A DNA stretch of 64,000 bases from Octopus sinensis (GCF_006345805.1 NC_043002.1:114390001-114454000); one strand, 5' to 3'; positions 39,245 through 53,029 are shown, counted from the first letter of the stretch. A program made the numbers and translations. Notes: a model not told the origin generated them from the letters alone.

Positions 39245-39700
39245 GCTACATCCATGTCCAGACGCAAGAAATCCGCTATTCCTTTCTCACAATTTTTCCG
39301 ACTTCGTCAACCATGTAGCACTGATTTAGATTTCGTCTCCAAATTTAAACGAGATTAGAATCCTACGGCTATTATTTAAACGCTCTCTATCCTCCATCTA
39401 CACTCATCCTGGTATTTTCAGGTGCACGTGCCGAATACATCACACCTGTTAATACATGGATAACGCCACAACAATCGGTGACCCAGAATCTCAGTGCCAG
39501 ATTATGTAAATCTTTAGCTAGACATCTGCCGACACCACATACTGCATCACATGCCAACTGAGGTAGCCTTCTTTGGTAAAACAGACTGTTTCTTAAGTGT
39601 TCAGCTCTGCGACACTCTGGCAACATCTTCCAGTGTTCTTCGCGTCATCCCTTGCTTTCTTCCCAACCATTTAAATGCACTTGATCATACATAAACAATC
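39245..39700 (+). mobile_element. Degenerate Neptune-like PLE fragment (post-RT region, Cys-rich linker, GIY-YIG start)
   Basis: SRRKKSAIPFSQFFRLRQPCS..DF; PGIFRC..HTC..IGDPES..TSADTTYCITC. Many stops. Confidence 0.65.
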
Positions 39701-39734
39701 TCCCAATGTTGTATTTCCCTCAGTACTAGACAAA

Positions 39735-39907
39735 GTCGATTCGTTTACGCCGATGTAACTTAGCGGTTTCAACAAAAGAGATCAATAAAATAATTGACAG
39801 ACTTTAACAAAAAAAGTAATGGAGTCAATTCATACGACTAAACCCTTGAAAGCGGTGCCCCAGCATGGCCGCAGTCCAATGATTGAAACGAGTAAAAGCA
39901 AAAGAAT
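39735..39907 (+). mobile_element. SINE family A, 3' part
   Basis: gtaacttagcggtttc...gcggtgccccagcatggccgcagtc...gagtaaaagc. Confidence 0.75.
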
Positions 39908-40164
39908 GCATTCGGTCGTGTCTGGACGGACACACGCACACACACACACAAACGAATACACACACACACACACACGAATATACACACAGACACACACGCA
40001 TACACACACACACACACGCATACACACACACACACGCATACACACACATTGTCTAAGTTTGTATTGCTGATACATATCAAATTTAAGATTTTTTTATACA
40101 TACGAGCTTCATATTACTATATTTACGTTGAATATATATTACCATCGACATGTATACGTGACTA

Positions 40165-41059
<895 letters not shown>

Positions 41060-42149
41060 GTGTGCGTGTGTGTGTAGCTATAGCGAAAATAGTCGACTGC
41101 CTTATGTGTATTTCAAATGTGGCATGCTTATAAGAACTTATATGCGCATACTCTTATATGCCCAAATACTAATATATATATATATATATCTCCAAATGCA
41201 TACTTTCATTCAGTTACATGCAGAAACCCAAATACATGTTATATACACAGTCACACGTAGAAACATCCCCATCTCGCCCACTCACGTAGATACATACACA
41301 TTCATGCGAATGTTCACAAAATATACACCACACAAGATTCTCAAGTTTTTCTCTTTTTTTTGTCTATACAAGCATATCTTCGAAAAATCTATATTACTGG
41401 ACCCAGGTGGAGATTAAAGATTATGTTTGAATGCATTAATATTTAGAGTCTCCAGCATACAGTTTCGAACGCTTCGGATATACAGAGAATTAACATGAGA
41501 ATTATTTAAGAAAGGAGCTTCATGCTGGTTTTAGATAATACATCACCACTGCTGGGATGAAATTTTATTGTAGCAATTCGCCCTACGAAATATATAATCG
41601 TATGAAAATGTGCTAACAATGAGAGATTTCGTAAGATAATTACACCCCCTATTAAGCAAGAAGGAAGTAGTAGCTAATGTCATCTGGGTTTTAGCGGCGG
41701 CAGGACGTGGAAATCATTGAGCAAAGAAGCCTGAATGGTTGATTTGCAGACAGAACAGAAGATGAAATACGTTATAACTAACAGCAGCAGCTACAATTTA
41801 ATCTGTATAGGTATCAGGTGCGATTTAGAAATGAAGTTGGTGGTAGTGGTAGTTGTGGTGGAAGTGATGGTGGTGGTGGAGGTGTGTGAGGCGTGGGGGT
41901 GTTGGGTTTGTTGGTACAGGTACTGACTTCTAACATTGGCAGCAAAGTTCTCAGTTCCGTAGTGTAAGTATTGAATCGATTGAATCGATGCCAGTGTATG
42001 GTAATTACTTATTTTATCTTCGCTGAAATTATGAAAGTTCAAATTGACCTGATATAATTTGAAATGGGAAGGCAAAAAAGGTGAAACTACTGTCACTTGG
42101 GTTTTGTGACTCTCCACTGTCCTTATGATAATAACATTGATGACAACAA

Positions 42150-42440
42150 CAATCCACACCTCTCGATGTTGTGGGTCACTCGATTGAAAATTTTGAAAAG
42201 ATTTGTGCGGATAAATTACGAACATGCTCAGTATCGTAGTACTGACGCTGGTGACAACCTTTTCGGTATAAGCTCTACAAGAACTGAAGCATCGCCTTTC
42301 GTTCAGAATGACGAAATACTTCTGCATGTACTTGTTCAGTGTCCAAACATTGCTGACTTGTGCACAACTATTGTCCTGTGTAGGAAACATATGGCTGCCA
42401 GCCGAGTACATCAGAAGGATCGCTTTACTGTCTTCCATTG
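42150..42440 (+). mobile_element. Possible Tx1/L1-clade ORF2 C-terminal remnant
   Basis: QNDEILLHVLVQCPNIADL resembles the E(T)xxHxLxxCP zinc-knuckle end. Upstream sequence is degenerate. Confidence 0.45.
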
Positions 42441-42604
42441 ATCGGGAGGAAACACAACAGATCCAACAAGGAGAGCAACAAATATAAACCAGAAACGGAA
42501 GAGATAGCTTGTTGTGTGGATAAAAAGGAAATAAATTATGAAAAAGCTAAAAGAAAAAAAGAACCTTAACAAAGGACTACAGAACCTTAACAAAGGACTA
42601 CATA

Positions 42605-43020
42605 GGCGCAGGAGTGGCTGTGTGGTAAGTAACTTGCTAACTAACCACATGGTTCCGGGTTCAGTCCTACTGCGTGGCATCTTGGGCAAGTGTCTTCTGC
42701 TATAGCCCCGGGCCGACCAATGCCTTGTGAATGGATTTGGTAGACGGAAACTGAAAGAAGCCTGTCGTATATATATATACATATATATGTATGTATGTGT
42801 GTGTTTTTGTGTCTAAGTTTGTCCCCCTAGCATTGCTTGACAACCGATGCTGGTGTGTTTACGTCCCCGTCACTTAGCGGTTCGGCAAAAGAGACCGATA
42901 GAATAAGTACTGGGCTTACAAAGAATAAGTCCCGGGGTCGATTTGCTCGACTAAAGGCGGTGCTTCAGCATGGCCGCAGTCAAATGACTGAAACAAGTAA
43001 AAGAGTAAAAGAGTAAAGAG
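42605..43020 (+). mobile_element. SINE family A, full length (best copy in the window)
   Basis: ggcgcaggagtggctgtgtggtaag...ggttcagtcc...internal (TA)n(TG)n...gtaaaagagtaaaagag. Confidence 0.95.
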
Positions 43021-43504
43021 AATGCCTTGCTAATAAAAAAACTAAACAGACAGAGGAAAGCAACGACACTGGTTGAGAAGTTGATACTGAAGTTTGTTTC
43101 ATTGCAGGATCAATATTCTCTCACCAGAAACTACCAGAAGCATGTAATAAAGTAGAACACATCAAAATAACTACAGAATGTATGTAGTTAGAGATTAAAC
43201 ATTGTCTCTTGTTGTTCATTTTTGGTTTCGAGAAAATACATTGAAAGGTTTTTGAAGACGATCCAAGAGCCCAAGGATCCCAAGTAGTTCATTTATAGTT
43301 GTGTTGAAACTGTTCAGACAAAAAGCAAGGTCAATAACGTTTTGTTAAAACTTCTCATCATCGAAATCTGGTGAGGTTTACTCAACAACATAATATCTGC
43401 AAGTCTACACAGGGTGAGTTCGTACTATACAAGATGGGTTCATTTTATCGCCCTTAAGTTATTCCTTCTTCCAAAACAGCAGCCGATCTTTATTCCTGTA
43501 ACTC

Positions 43505-43572
43505 TTACTCTCTCTTTTTACTCTTTTACTTGTTTCAGTCATTTGACTGCGGCCATGCTGGAGCACCGCCTT
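43505..43572 (-). mobile_element. SINE family A tail only
   Basis: ctcttttacttgtttcagtcatttgactgcggccatgctggagcaccgcc. Confidence 0.85.
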
Positions 43573-43599
43573 TATAATAATAATATCCTAATATCCTCC

Positions 43600-44543
43600 A
43601 ATTTTGAGCGATCCTCTTTTCTCTCACTGCAAAATAACGACTCTTTTGGTGAGAAGTACACAAGTAGAGTAAGCCTCCATCTTCGCTTCCCGCTTTGTAA
43701 TTAACTCTACACTATACACTCTTGGAAAATCTCCAATTTTATTCCTTTTCTTCCTCCCAGCTCCACCATCTTGCATGTATATTACCGTCAAAAACATTGC
43801 GTTTTAGAACTAGCCTCTGTACTCACCAAACTCTTTGATCTCTCTCTCTCAAAAGGGCTCTTTACTAATCTTTGGAAACATGCTACATTGTTTCTTGCAA
43901 CATTGTTTCATTTCCAAGAAAGGCAACTCTTCGGGCCTTACCAATTACCGTCCGATTGCATTCACTTCTAATATTTCTAAGGTAAAGAGAGCGGCGAGCT
44001 GGAAGGATCGTTAGCACGCCGGGTAAACTGCTTAGAGTCATTTCACCCGTCTTTACGCTCTGAGTTCATATTCCACCGAGGTCGACTTTGCCTTTCATCA
44101 TTTCGGCGTCAATAAAATTAGTACCAGTTGGACACTGGGGTCGGCGTAATCGACTTACATCATCCCCCAAACTTACTGGCCTTGTGCCAAAATTTGAAAG
44201 CAATATTTCAAAGTGCTTAGCAGCATTTCATCCGTCTCTGCGTTCTGAGTTCAAATTCCGCTGAAGTCAGCTTTGCCTCTCATCTTTCCGGGGTCGATAA
44301 TATAAGTACCAGTTAAGCATTGGGATCGATGTAAAATCACTAGGTCGTCTTGTGCCAAAATTTGAAACCAATATTTGTAAGGTAATGGACAGGCATAATA
44401 AAACTACCTTCTTCCCTCCAGCACCTTGAATATCTCTGTCTCTTTCTCCCTCTCACTTCTGAATGACCACTCGCAACCTAGACATTGACTTCATGAACAA
44501 AGATCTGGAGCGCATCTTCCAATAGGAATATGTAAACCTCATC
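43600..44543 (+). mobile_element. Degenerate Jockey/CR1-group LINE RT fragment interrupted by a SINE B dimer
   Basis: LFDLSLSKGLFTNLWKHA..KKGNSSGLTNYRPIAFTSNISKV|M; resumes at 44386. Confidence 0.7.
43986..44369 (+). mobile_element. SINE family B dimer with 16-bp TSD
   Basis: TSD aatattt(c/g)taaggtaa at 43970-43985 and 44370-44385. Confidence 0.85.
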
Positions 44544-45330
44544 CAGTTCTATATTTAAGAGATGAGGATTTATGTACATTATTTACATTCGAGGGATATT
44601 TGTCCTCATCTTGTTTGTGTTAACACAACGTTGTGTTAACAACAAACAGCTGATATACCCTCCAGCCTTCTTCAGGTGTCTTGGGGGGAAATTTCGAACC
44701 TGGGTTCTCATTCCTAAGGTATTTTTCGATGTTATTATTTCTGTTATTACTACTAACCTCAAATCTCAAATCGGAATCTTGAGGTTAGTCGCCTGCGATC
44801 TTAACCACTACGCTGTATGCCCGTGGGCAATTATGGAGTGAATTTTAGGGCTTATAAATCTAATATTTTCCTATCCTTCCTTAATACCGGTTCCCATATG
44901 CTGCTCATATCTGCACTCGGTCTGCCTAGGAAGTTGTTGTGCCCGAGCATATGAGCTGTTTCTTTTAGTTTTCGTATTTTCCAGTAGTATTCTCTGTCTA
45001 TTATTTCAACTTCATCCCACAGGGGGAGGTGGTCTTCATTTTTCCATGCATGATGAGGTATACCCGATTTATCAATATCGCCTCGTGTCACAGCTTTGCG
45101 ATGTAAAACTCATCGCTTTCAATAGCAAGGAAGTAAGACAAATATCGATTAACATTACCCATCCTCCTAAACACGAGAACTTTGCTAGAGTTCTTTCGGT
45201 CGTTTCGATTGCTGCACCTCTCTATTACCAAAGAACTCTACTGGTGAAATCCTATTCTTAACATAACTAGGACAGCATCCCGACACTGACCCTTATCTTC
45301 AAGGACAAAAGAAATTTCAGGCTCTAACGA
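44544..45330 (-). mobile_element. Penelope/Poseidon-like PLE 3' end: EN C-terminus, tRNA-like segment, disrupted hammerhead (F4), terminal tail
   Basis: H.KAVTRGDIDKSGIPHHAW..HLPLWDEVEIIDRE..RKLKE..RPS..WEP, stop at 44852. A-box-like cagcgtagtggtta at 44803-44815. CTGAAGA-a-GGCTG..CAGCT at 44675-44647. Confidence 0.8.
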
Positions 45331-45354
45331 TTATTTTTTTTATAAAGAAAAGAT

Positions 45355-46080
45355 GATTTCTGAATTCAAATTCCGCCAAAGTCAACTTTGCCTTACATAC
45401 TTCAGGAGAAAATGAAATCTCAGTCAAGTACCTACACTTTATCAGCCCACAAATTTCCAGCCTTGCGCCTAATTAGGAAATCATTATAGATATTGGTTTC
45501 AAATTTTGTCATAGAGCCATGAATTTCGGAGGAGGATAAAGCGGCGAGCTGGCAGAAACGTTAGCACGCCGGGTGAAATGCTTCTGAGTTCAAATTCCAC
45601 CGAAGTCGACTTTGCCTTTCATTCTTTCGGGGTAGATAAATTAAATACCAGTTGTGTACTGGGGTCGATCTAATCGACTGGTCCCCTCCCCCCAAATTTC
45701 GGGCCTTGTGCCTAGAGTAGAAAAGAATTTCGGAGGAGGAGTGAGTCGATTACATCGACCTCAGTACTCAACTGGTACTTATTTTATCGATCCCGAAGAG
45801 ATGAAAGGCAAAGTCGACCTCGGCAGAATTTGAACTCGGAACATAAGGACGGACGAAAAGCCGCTAAGTATTTTGCCCGGCGTGCTAACGACTCTGCCAG
45901 CTCGCCGCCTTAAGCGTTATCAGTTGTAGCATTGGGCTACATCGTTGTGTGTTCAAATCCTGCCGAGGGTAACTTTACATTTCATTCTTTCGAGATCGTT
46001 ACATTTACAACTAATCAAATAATCAAAAACTAGGATTGATATGATCGACTGATCATCCCCAAAATTCTAGAATAAACTTG
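45355..46080. mobile_element. Cluster of 4 SINE family B copies, one nested inverted inside another
   Basis: The + copy at 45537-45725 is flanked by TSD gaatttcggaggagga and sits inside the tail of a - copy (45910 down to about 45490). Degenerate copies lie on either side. Confidence 0.8.
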
Positions 46081-47319
46081 ATATTAGTATTTAGTAAGGA
46101 ATCAAAAATAGTATTTAGGTAAGTCCCTTTAGAAGTCAAGTATCCTTTTATCCTTTGAAGTAAAAGAAAATGAAAAAAAAAAACAAGCAAAAAAACCCAG
46201 TCCATATTACATCCCACTCCCAAGAATTTATAATTTTGAAGATACTATTTCCATAAATTCTTTGTTTAATAGGTGGAATTTTAAAACCTTTGCACATACA
46301 CAAAAAAATCTGACTTGGCTCGTTTGCAAGCACACACACACACACGCACGCGCAGCCCCCCCACACACACACTGTGCGCGCACGCACACACGCACAGACT
46401 CTCACACGCACATATAAATTTATATGTTGCAAAAATAGATACTACATGACAACAAAAATAACTGGGCTGAAGTATGCCAGTTAAATCATTTATATTCTTG
46501 TCATATATATATTTTTCTTCTATTTCCTCATTTGGAAATCAACTCTCTTTTACTAAAGAAAAGAAAAACGAAAAACGAAGATGTGGAATGAAAATAACAA
46601 AAAAAACTTTAAATTTTAAATTTCAGGCGCGTCTTATCAATAGTATTATTCCATTATTATTTCATGGCAAGAGTTATTGCATACCTAAATGAATAACACA
46701 ATTTCACTGAAGTTGACGATAAAATAAATTATATCAGCTGCAAAAACAAGAAAAGGTACTATATGATGCACAAAAATATTCTACCCGCAAATATAGTGTC
46801 AAACTAAAGGAAATAGCACTTTTTCTTCAAATGTAAGTGTTGAACAAAGTAGACAGCCGACCGCATATGATGTTAGACGAGCAGTTTATTTCGCGAGTTC
46901 ATACTTTAACTGTATTACCAGAGAAGTTTTTATTCTGTGTATTTCACTTAATTTTGCTTTGAAGAATATATGCTAACAATAATAAACTAGCTTCTTAAGT
47001 AGGAGTGTGGATAAGCTCGCATCTGCTAAATGTTTTCTGCCACTTCGAATTGTAACATCGAGCTTCTAATGGGGCTTCTGCAATAACTGAATATAGAAAT
47101 AGTTGGTGTACTTAATTTTTCTAATGCTAGGATAATGAGTTCTACAAATGAGATTTCGAGTTGACATCTTGTCAGTTTTGCCTTTATCACTTCTGGGATC
47201 AATATCAAATAGCAGTTTCTTTTGTCTTGTAAAAAGATGTTTGCAGTGAAGAAAACTAGCCGATTGAATTTATCTGAGTAATTATTTACTGGCACTTATT
47301 TTACAAACACCGGGTGGGT

Positions 47320-47864
47320 GGGGGGATAAAAGCCAAGTCGACCACAAGGAACTTGAATTCAAACTCAAGAGTAAGACGAAATATTTAATTTCAAACTTTG
47401 GTACGACACCAGCAATTTCATAAGGGTGGATAAGTCGATTACATCGATCCTAGTGTTTAACTGCTGCTTATTTTATCGACTCCGAAAGGATGAAAGGCAA
47501 AGTCGACCCCGGTGGCATTTTAAATCGGAACGTAACGTCGGAAGAAATGCCGCAAATATTTTTTCCTAGTTGCGTAACAATTCTTCCAGCTCATCGTGTT
47601 AAAGATTTGGACTAGCATGCAAACGATTCTTATTTCTTTATTATCCACAAGGGGCTAAACATAGAGGGGACAAACAAGGACAGACAAAGGGATTAAGTCT
47701 ATTACATCGACCCCAGTGCGTAGCTGGTACTTAATTTATCGATCCCGAAAGGATGAAAGGCAAAGTCGACCACGGCGGAATTTGAACTCAGAACGTAGCG
47801 GCAGACGAAATATCGCTAAGCGTTTTGCCCGGCGTGCTAACGATTCTGCCAGCTCGACGCCTTC
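47320..47864 (-). mobile_element. SINE family B copies (two degenerate, one full at 47632-47864)
   Basis: Heads and cores recognisable. Confidence 0.8.
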
Positions 47865-48010
47865 AATGTGGAACTAAACATTTTGAGGTACAGTGGTGCA
47901 AGTTTTTTTTAATATGAAATCATATTCCGAATGAAATGCGAATTACTGTATTCAACTTCCTTCAGGTAATGGTCAAGTTCTTTCTAGAAGTGCCAAACAA
48001 GTCAATTTGA

Positions 48011-48058
48011 TTATTTACATTATGTACATAATTTCTCATCTCTTAAATATAGAACTGT
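48011..48058 (+). mobile_element. 48-bp solo terminal tail of the F4 PLE with 5' inversion and 12-bp TSD
   Basis: atgtacataatttctcatctcttaaatatagaactg matches the minus-strand end of 44544-44580. TSD aagtcaatttga at 47999-48010 and 48059-48070. Confidence 0.85.
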
Positions 48059-51000
48059 AAGTCAATTTGAGTCGAAAGTTTTCTGCCACTGCGATTTGTA
48101 ACATCGAGCTTCTAATGGGGCTTCCGCAATAACTAAATACTGCAATGTATGCCGATAAATATAAGTAAAAATCAGAATGTGTGGAGTAGTTGATTAGTAA
48201 CCAATACATGCACTTCTGTAGGTGCATAATCCTGAAACGGTGAGTGTATATAAATTATAACCACGACGATAGCTGTGAATAGTCTCCCCTACGCGTGTGT
48301 TTGCTTATATAAAAACCATTCACATACAAACGTAATTATGGAAATCTTGGCACTATTATTTGGACAGGTAAAAAATTGCAATTGAATCTCTCTGAATTCA
48401 CACTTGACCGCCTTGAAAGAGAAGAACACGTTGGTTAATGTGGTGTTGGATGCATTTTGAATAAAAGATGGTTTTCTACGACTGGAACACCTTTTATGAT
48501 GTGTCACCAATCAGGGCTGACCTTGGAGTAAATAACAACCAAACGACGATAGGAAACTTACAGAAGACAAAGTTTGTAGATAAAGGATGTAGAAAACATT
48601 TTCTACGACGTAATTGTATCAGGATATAATTGTATTTTATACATGTATTATGATACTGAATATTTAGACTTTTACGGTTGTATGTAAGAAATGTCTAAGT
48701 TGTGTGTTGAGTGAATACAATACAATTCTGGATGTCGTATTGAGAGATCTACTCTACGTGTTTCCTCTATGTAAATTTGTCACTATGCAGATATTGTAGC
48801 ATTGAAGAAATAACTTGTCATTGAGGACCTGCGCTAAGAAATTATCTGTCCAAAAAAGGAACTTCTGACTTATGTATAATGTCAAACTGTGTGGCAAAAA
48901 TATCGACAAACATTTCAAATCTATCGTAGTGTATATTATTCTCTTGAATGAGTGAAAATGAAACAAATTTTATATTCACTTGTCACATTTATGCATTAGC
49001 AGCGCCTCGTCTGATAAAAGACATATCGACAGCTGCCAAAATGCAAAATACAAAAGTTATGGTTTCTATAATTTAGTATCGTAGGTATTAAAGCAGTGTT
49101 ACGTATTAAATGTCTACAACCACAGAATCACATCCCACTCATCCTTGTCATGCTGCGTATCCATGTGAATGTCATATCGATTTTGTTGTTAAACATTAAA
49201 TGTTTTTCTTTTTATCTAGTTGTATCCATAATCTTTATTACACATTTATTCTGAATATTTTATTTATAAAATTAAGCTTTCCCTTGTTCTATTGAAAAAT
49301 TTCCCTTTGTTCATCTTAGCATATTCCTTGAAAGAAATATTTTTATCACACATGCGAGTACACAATGGGCTTTTGTGAGCGAAGCATTAGTGCTCTTAAT
49401 GTGGTGAGTTTGACATCTATAATAAATGAATACCATACCTGGACAGCGGAGAAGTAAATGTTCTTGAGTGAGGATTTACTAAAATCAAAGCAAGGTGCCA
49501 ACTAAAACAGAAAATAAAGAAAAAGTATTTTGAAATGGGTTGACGCATCAGAGTACCAATTCTTTCAATTCGGAGATAGACAATTCAGTGAGAGGTCTAT
49601 AGCCAGATCTTTGGTTGACACGTGGTTACTTTGGACATGTTTTGGAGCTGGCACCGTTATTTTATTAGGCATTCTCCTCCTCGGTGAAGCATAGTCAGTG
49701 ACGTGCAGGTCAGATTAATTGAAAAGAGGGATTACATGCGTCTATAGAATAAGTAAAAAAATGCTGGTGTGGTTTATCAATATAAAGTCCAGGGGAAATA
49801 CCTCAATCTGCTTGGAAAATAACGAATTCAGAGTAGCATTGATGCTGTTTCTCTTCACTTATGTCCTTTAAGTCCCCAGAAAAGACATTGAGATTAAAGC
49901 ATCCCATTTACCCGCTTTCTAATCACAGAAAATAAGTGTTTCTAGTCAGAAGTAAACAACATTAAGTCTGAAATAATACGGAAGCTAGCTTTGTTTAGAT
50001 TACCAGATTCCGCAATATAAATAATGAGTTTAAACGGCACTGCAAACATTATTAACTCCTTTCAACAAGATCCTTTATCCTATTTGTTTAAATTAATATA
50101 GGGATTTAATGTATTTAACTACATGAGTGATTCATATTCTTTATCTAACATTTACAATGCCTGATCAATATTAATTTATAAAAAAGAAGGCGAAACTATC
50201 AATAACTTCTTAAAGTTATTAGATCTATATAAGCAACAAATTGCCAATTTTCTTCGGTATATAATTTATAAGCCTATCCTTAAATATGCAGATATGTATA
50301 TAGATTTGAGCATGTATATTTATAAGTGCACGTATGTTGTATCTAGGGGCCATTGCTAAATAGACACTGACGAATAAAAATACTGAATCGATTCAAGGCA
50401 AAATTATTTAGCCGATAGTAACATTAATAATATTTCCTTGATGCTAAACCAGATTTTATGATTCATTCCCTGAGGTAGTTATTTTTTATACTCTTTCATT
50501 ACTTCCAGTTATTTTCACACATCGAACAGGCACACAAACTTGAAAATTGTTCAGCCATCAGCTTTATAGATCAACTCATTCTGGCAAGTTAAACAGTTGT
50601 GGTAAAGTATCAATTTACATAATTGATTTTGTTCCTGAAATTGCCCAAAAATTCTAATCGAGAAAGTTATTTACCATAACTTTAACGTGTGTAAATTTAA
50701 AGAGAAGTCAACGACTTTATGTGAGCTCCAACACGCACATATATACTCAGAAACATTTACCATACTTGCAACACACTAAACAAATCTAGAATTTTGTGGC
50801 TAATTTCAAATTACTTCTTAAAATGTCGTCTTTACGTTCACAAATTCAAACTCCGAACAAAAATACAAAACATCAAAACATGTAGACGCACATTCGTCAT
50901 ACATAAACACGTAATATATTTGTGTACTGTATTTAAGTCGAAACACTTCAAAAGATTTTCCCCCCTATACAAACACACATGTACATGGACATGTAAATAT

Positions 51001-51508
51001 GTAGACACATAGATGCTACTGTGATTATATTTACTGAGAAATAGTTGTTCAGAAAATTATGTGTGTATAAATATGTACATACACACATATTCACACACAT
51101 TACCCAACCACCCGCCGCATAGAAACAAGCGTACATGAATTACAGTTTGGCAGATTATTATGAATTTCTATTTAACACAAAGCACTTCATTCACAACCAA
51201 AAACTCTGTTATCATAAATGATACCTTTATTTTGTAAAATATTATGTTTCTAGGCCCTGATATATATTTTTTAGTCTGTAATCTTAACAGGGCAAATATT
51301 TTGACAGTCTGACTACTTTGTGATAATGAGTTTGATATCTTTAACATAAACTTTATAATCTTAAACATCTACAATTAATAAAAATTGTTGGACAAAGGCG
51401 GTTCTTACAAGATAAAACCACAGCTCGTTTCGGTTGGAAATGGGAACAATTAATGGTGAGAACTAAGTCTGTATAGCTGTTACATTTACTTATTTTACAA
51501 TTTGTTAA

Positions 51509-51897
51509 TACAGAGTTTCCCCTCAAATTCGTTACTATCAACCTCAGTTTCTTGAAAGTTAACCTCAAATTTCTAATTGTTAGCTTCAGTATCGCTGTCT
51601 TCAGTTTCCATTGCGTTGTGTCTATCTCGATTTCGTCATCGCTAACTTTAATTTCGTCATCCTCAGCTTAAATGTCATGACTGCTGGATGGGGCGAATTA
51701 TTGCTGTTTATGATCGTTTATAAAAAAAATCGCTTTTTCCTCCAGTGACGGCATTTAAGTTGACAATGATGAAATCGAAATAGATGATAACGTAATCGAG
51801 ACTTAGGGTAAGGAAAGTGAAGTTGACGATGACGAATCTGAGGCCGACATGGACGTGATTGAGGTTGATAATGTTGAGTTTGGGAGAAAACCCTGTA
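51509..51897. repeat. Diverged inverted repeat with ~21-nt internal periodicity
   Basis: Arms 51509-51683 and 51743-51897. Hand alignment gave 43/59 and 28/37 identities in two ungapped blocks. Confidence 0.7.
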
Positions 51898-52174
51898 AAA
51901 TAACCAGAAAAGTTTCAAGAACTATTTCCTTTTTTAAGCATCTTCCAAGGGAAATGTTAAAGTAATACTATGCAAAAAGGAAAGAAAAGAAAAGAAAACA
52001 AGACAAAAACTACAATGCTTATTAATCAAAGACATGATATTTATTTCTAACATTAATTCAGGAGTAATTCACTTGAAGGAACAACTGAATCTTCATCGTC
52101 GAAAGACTGAGAAGTACCACATACAGACACAGACAGACTGACTGACACACTATACACACATGCACACACATATA

Positions 52175-52625
<451 letters not shown>

Positions 52626-52637
52626 ATATATATATAT

Positions 52638-52968
52638 TCTTTTATTCTTTTCTTTTACTTATTTCAGTCATTTGATTGCGGCTATGCTGGAGCACCACCT
52701 TCAGTCGAAGAAATCGACCCCAGGATTTATTCTTTGTAAGCCTTGTACTTATTCTATCGGTCGCTTTTGCTGAACCGCTAAGTTACGGGGACGTAATCAC
52801 ACCAACATCGGTTGTCAAACACACACACACATATATATATACGACGGGCTTCTTTCAGTTTCCGTCTACTAGTTGAAAACACTTGCCCAAGGTGCCACGC
52901 AGTGGGACTGAACCCGGAACCAAGTGGCTGGCAAGCAAGCTACTTACCAAACAGTCACTTCTGCGCCT
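52638..52968 (-). mobile_element. SINE family A, tail-to-tail with the preceding copy
   Basis: Full-length copy with internal deletions. Confidence 0.85.
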
Positions 52969-52973
52969 GTGCG

Positions 52974-53029
<56 letters not shown>

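Noticed and set aside
41791-42438. 215-aa minus-strand ORF
   Set aside because: No domain recognised. It overlaps a GGT repeat and the antisense of a probable L1/Tx1 remnant.
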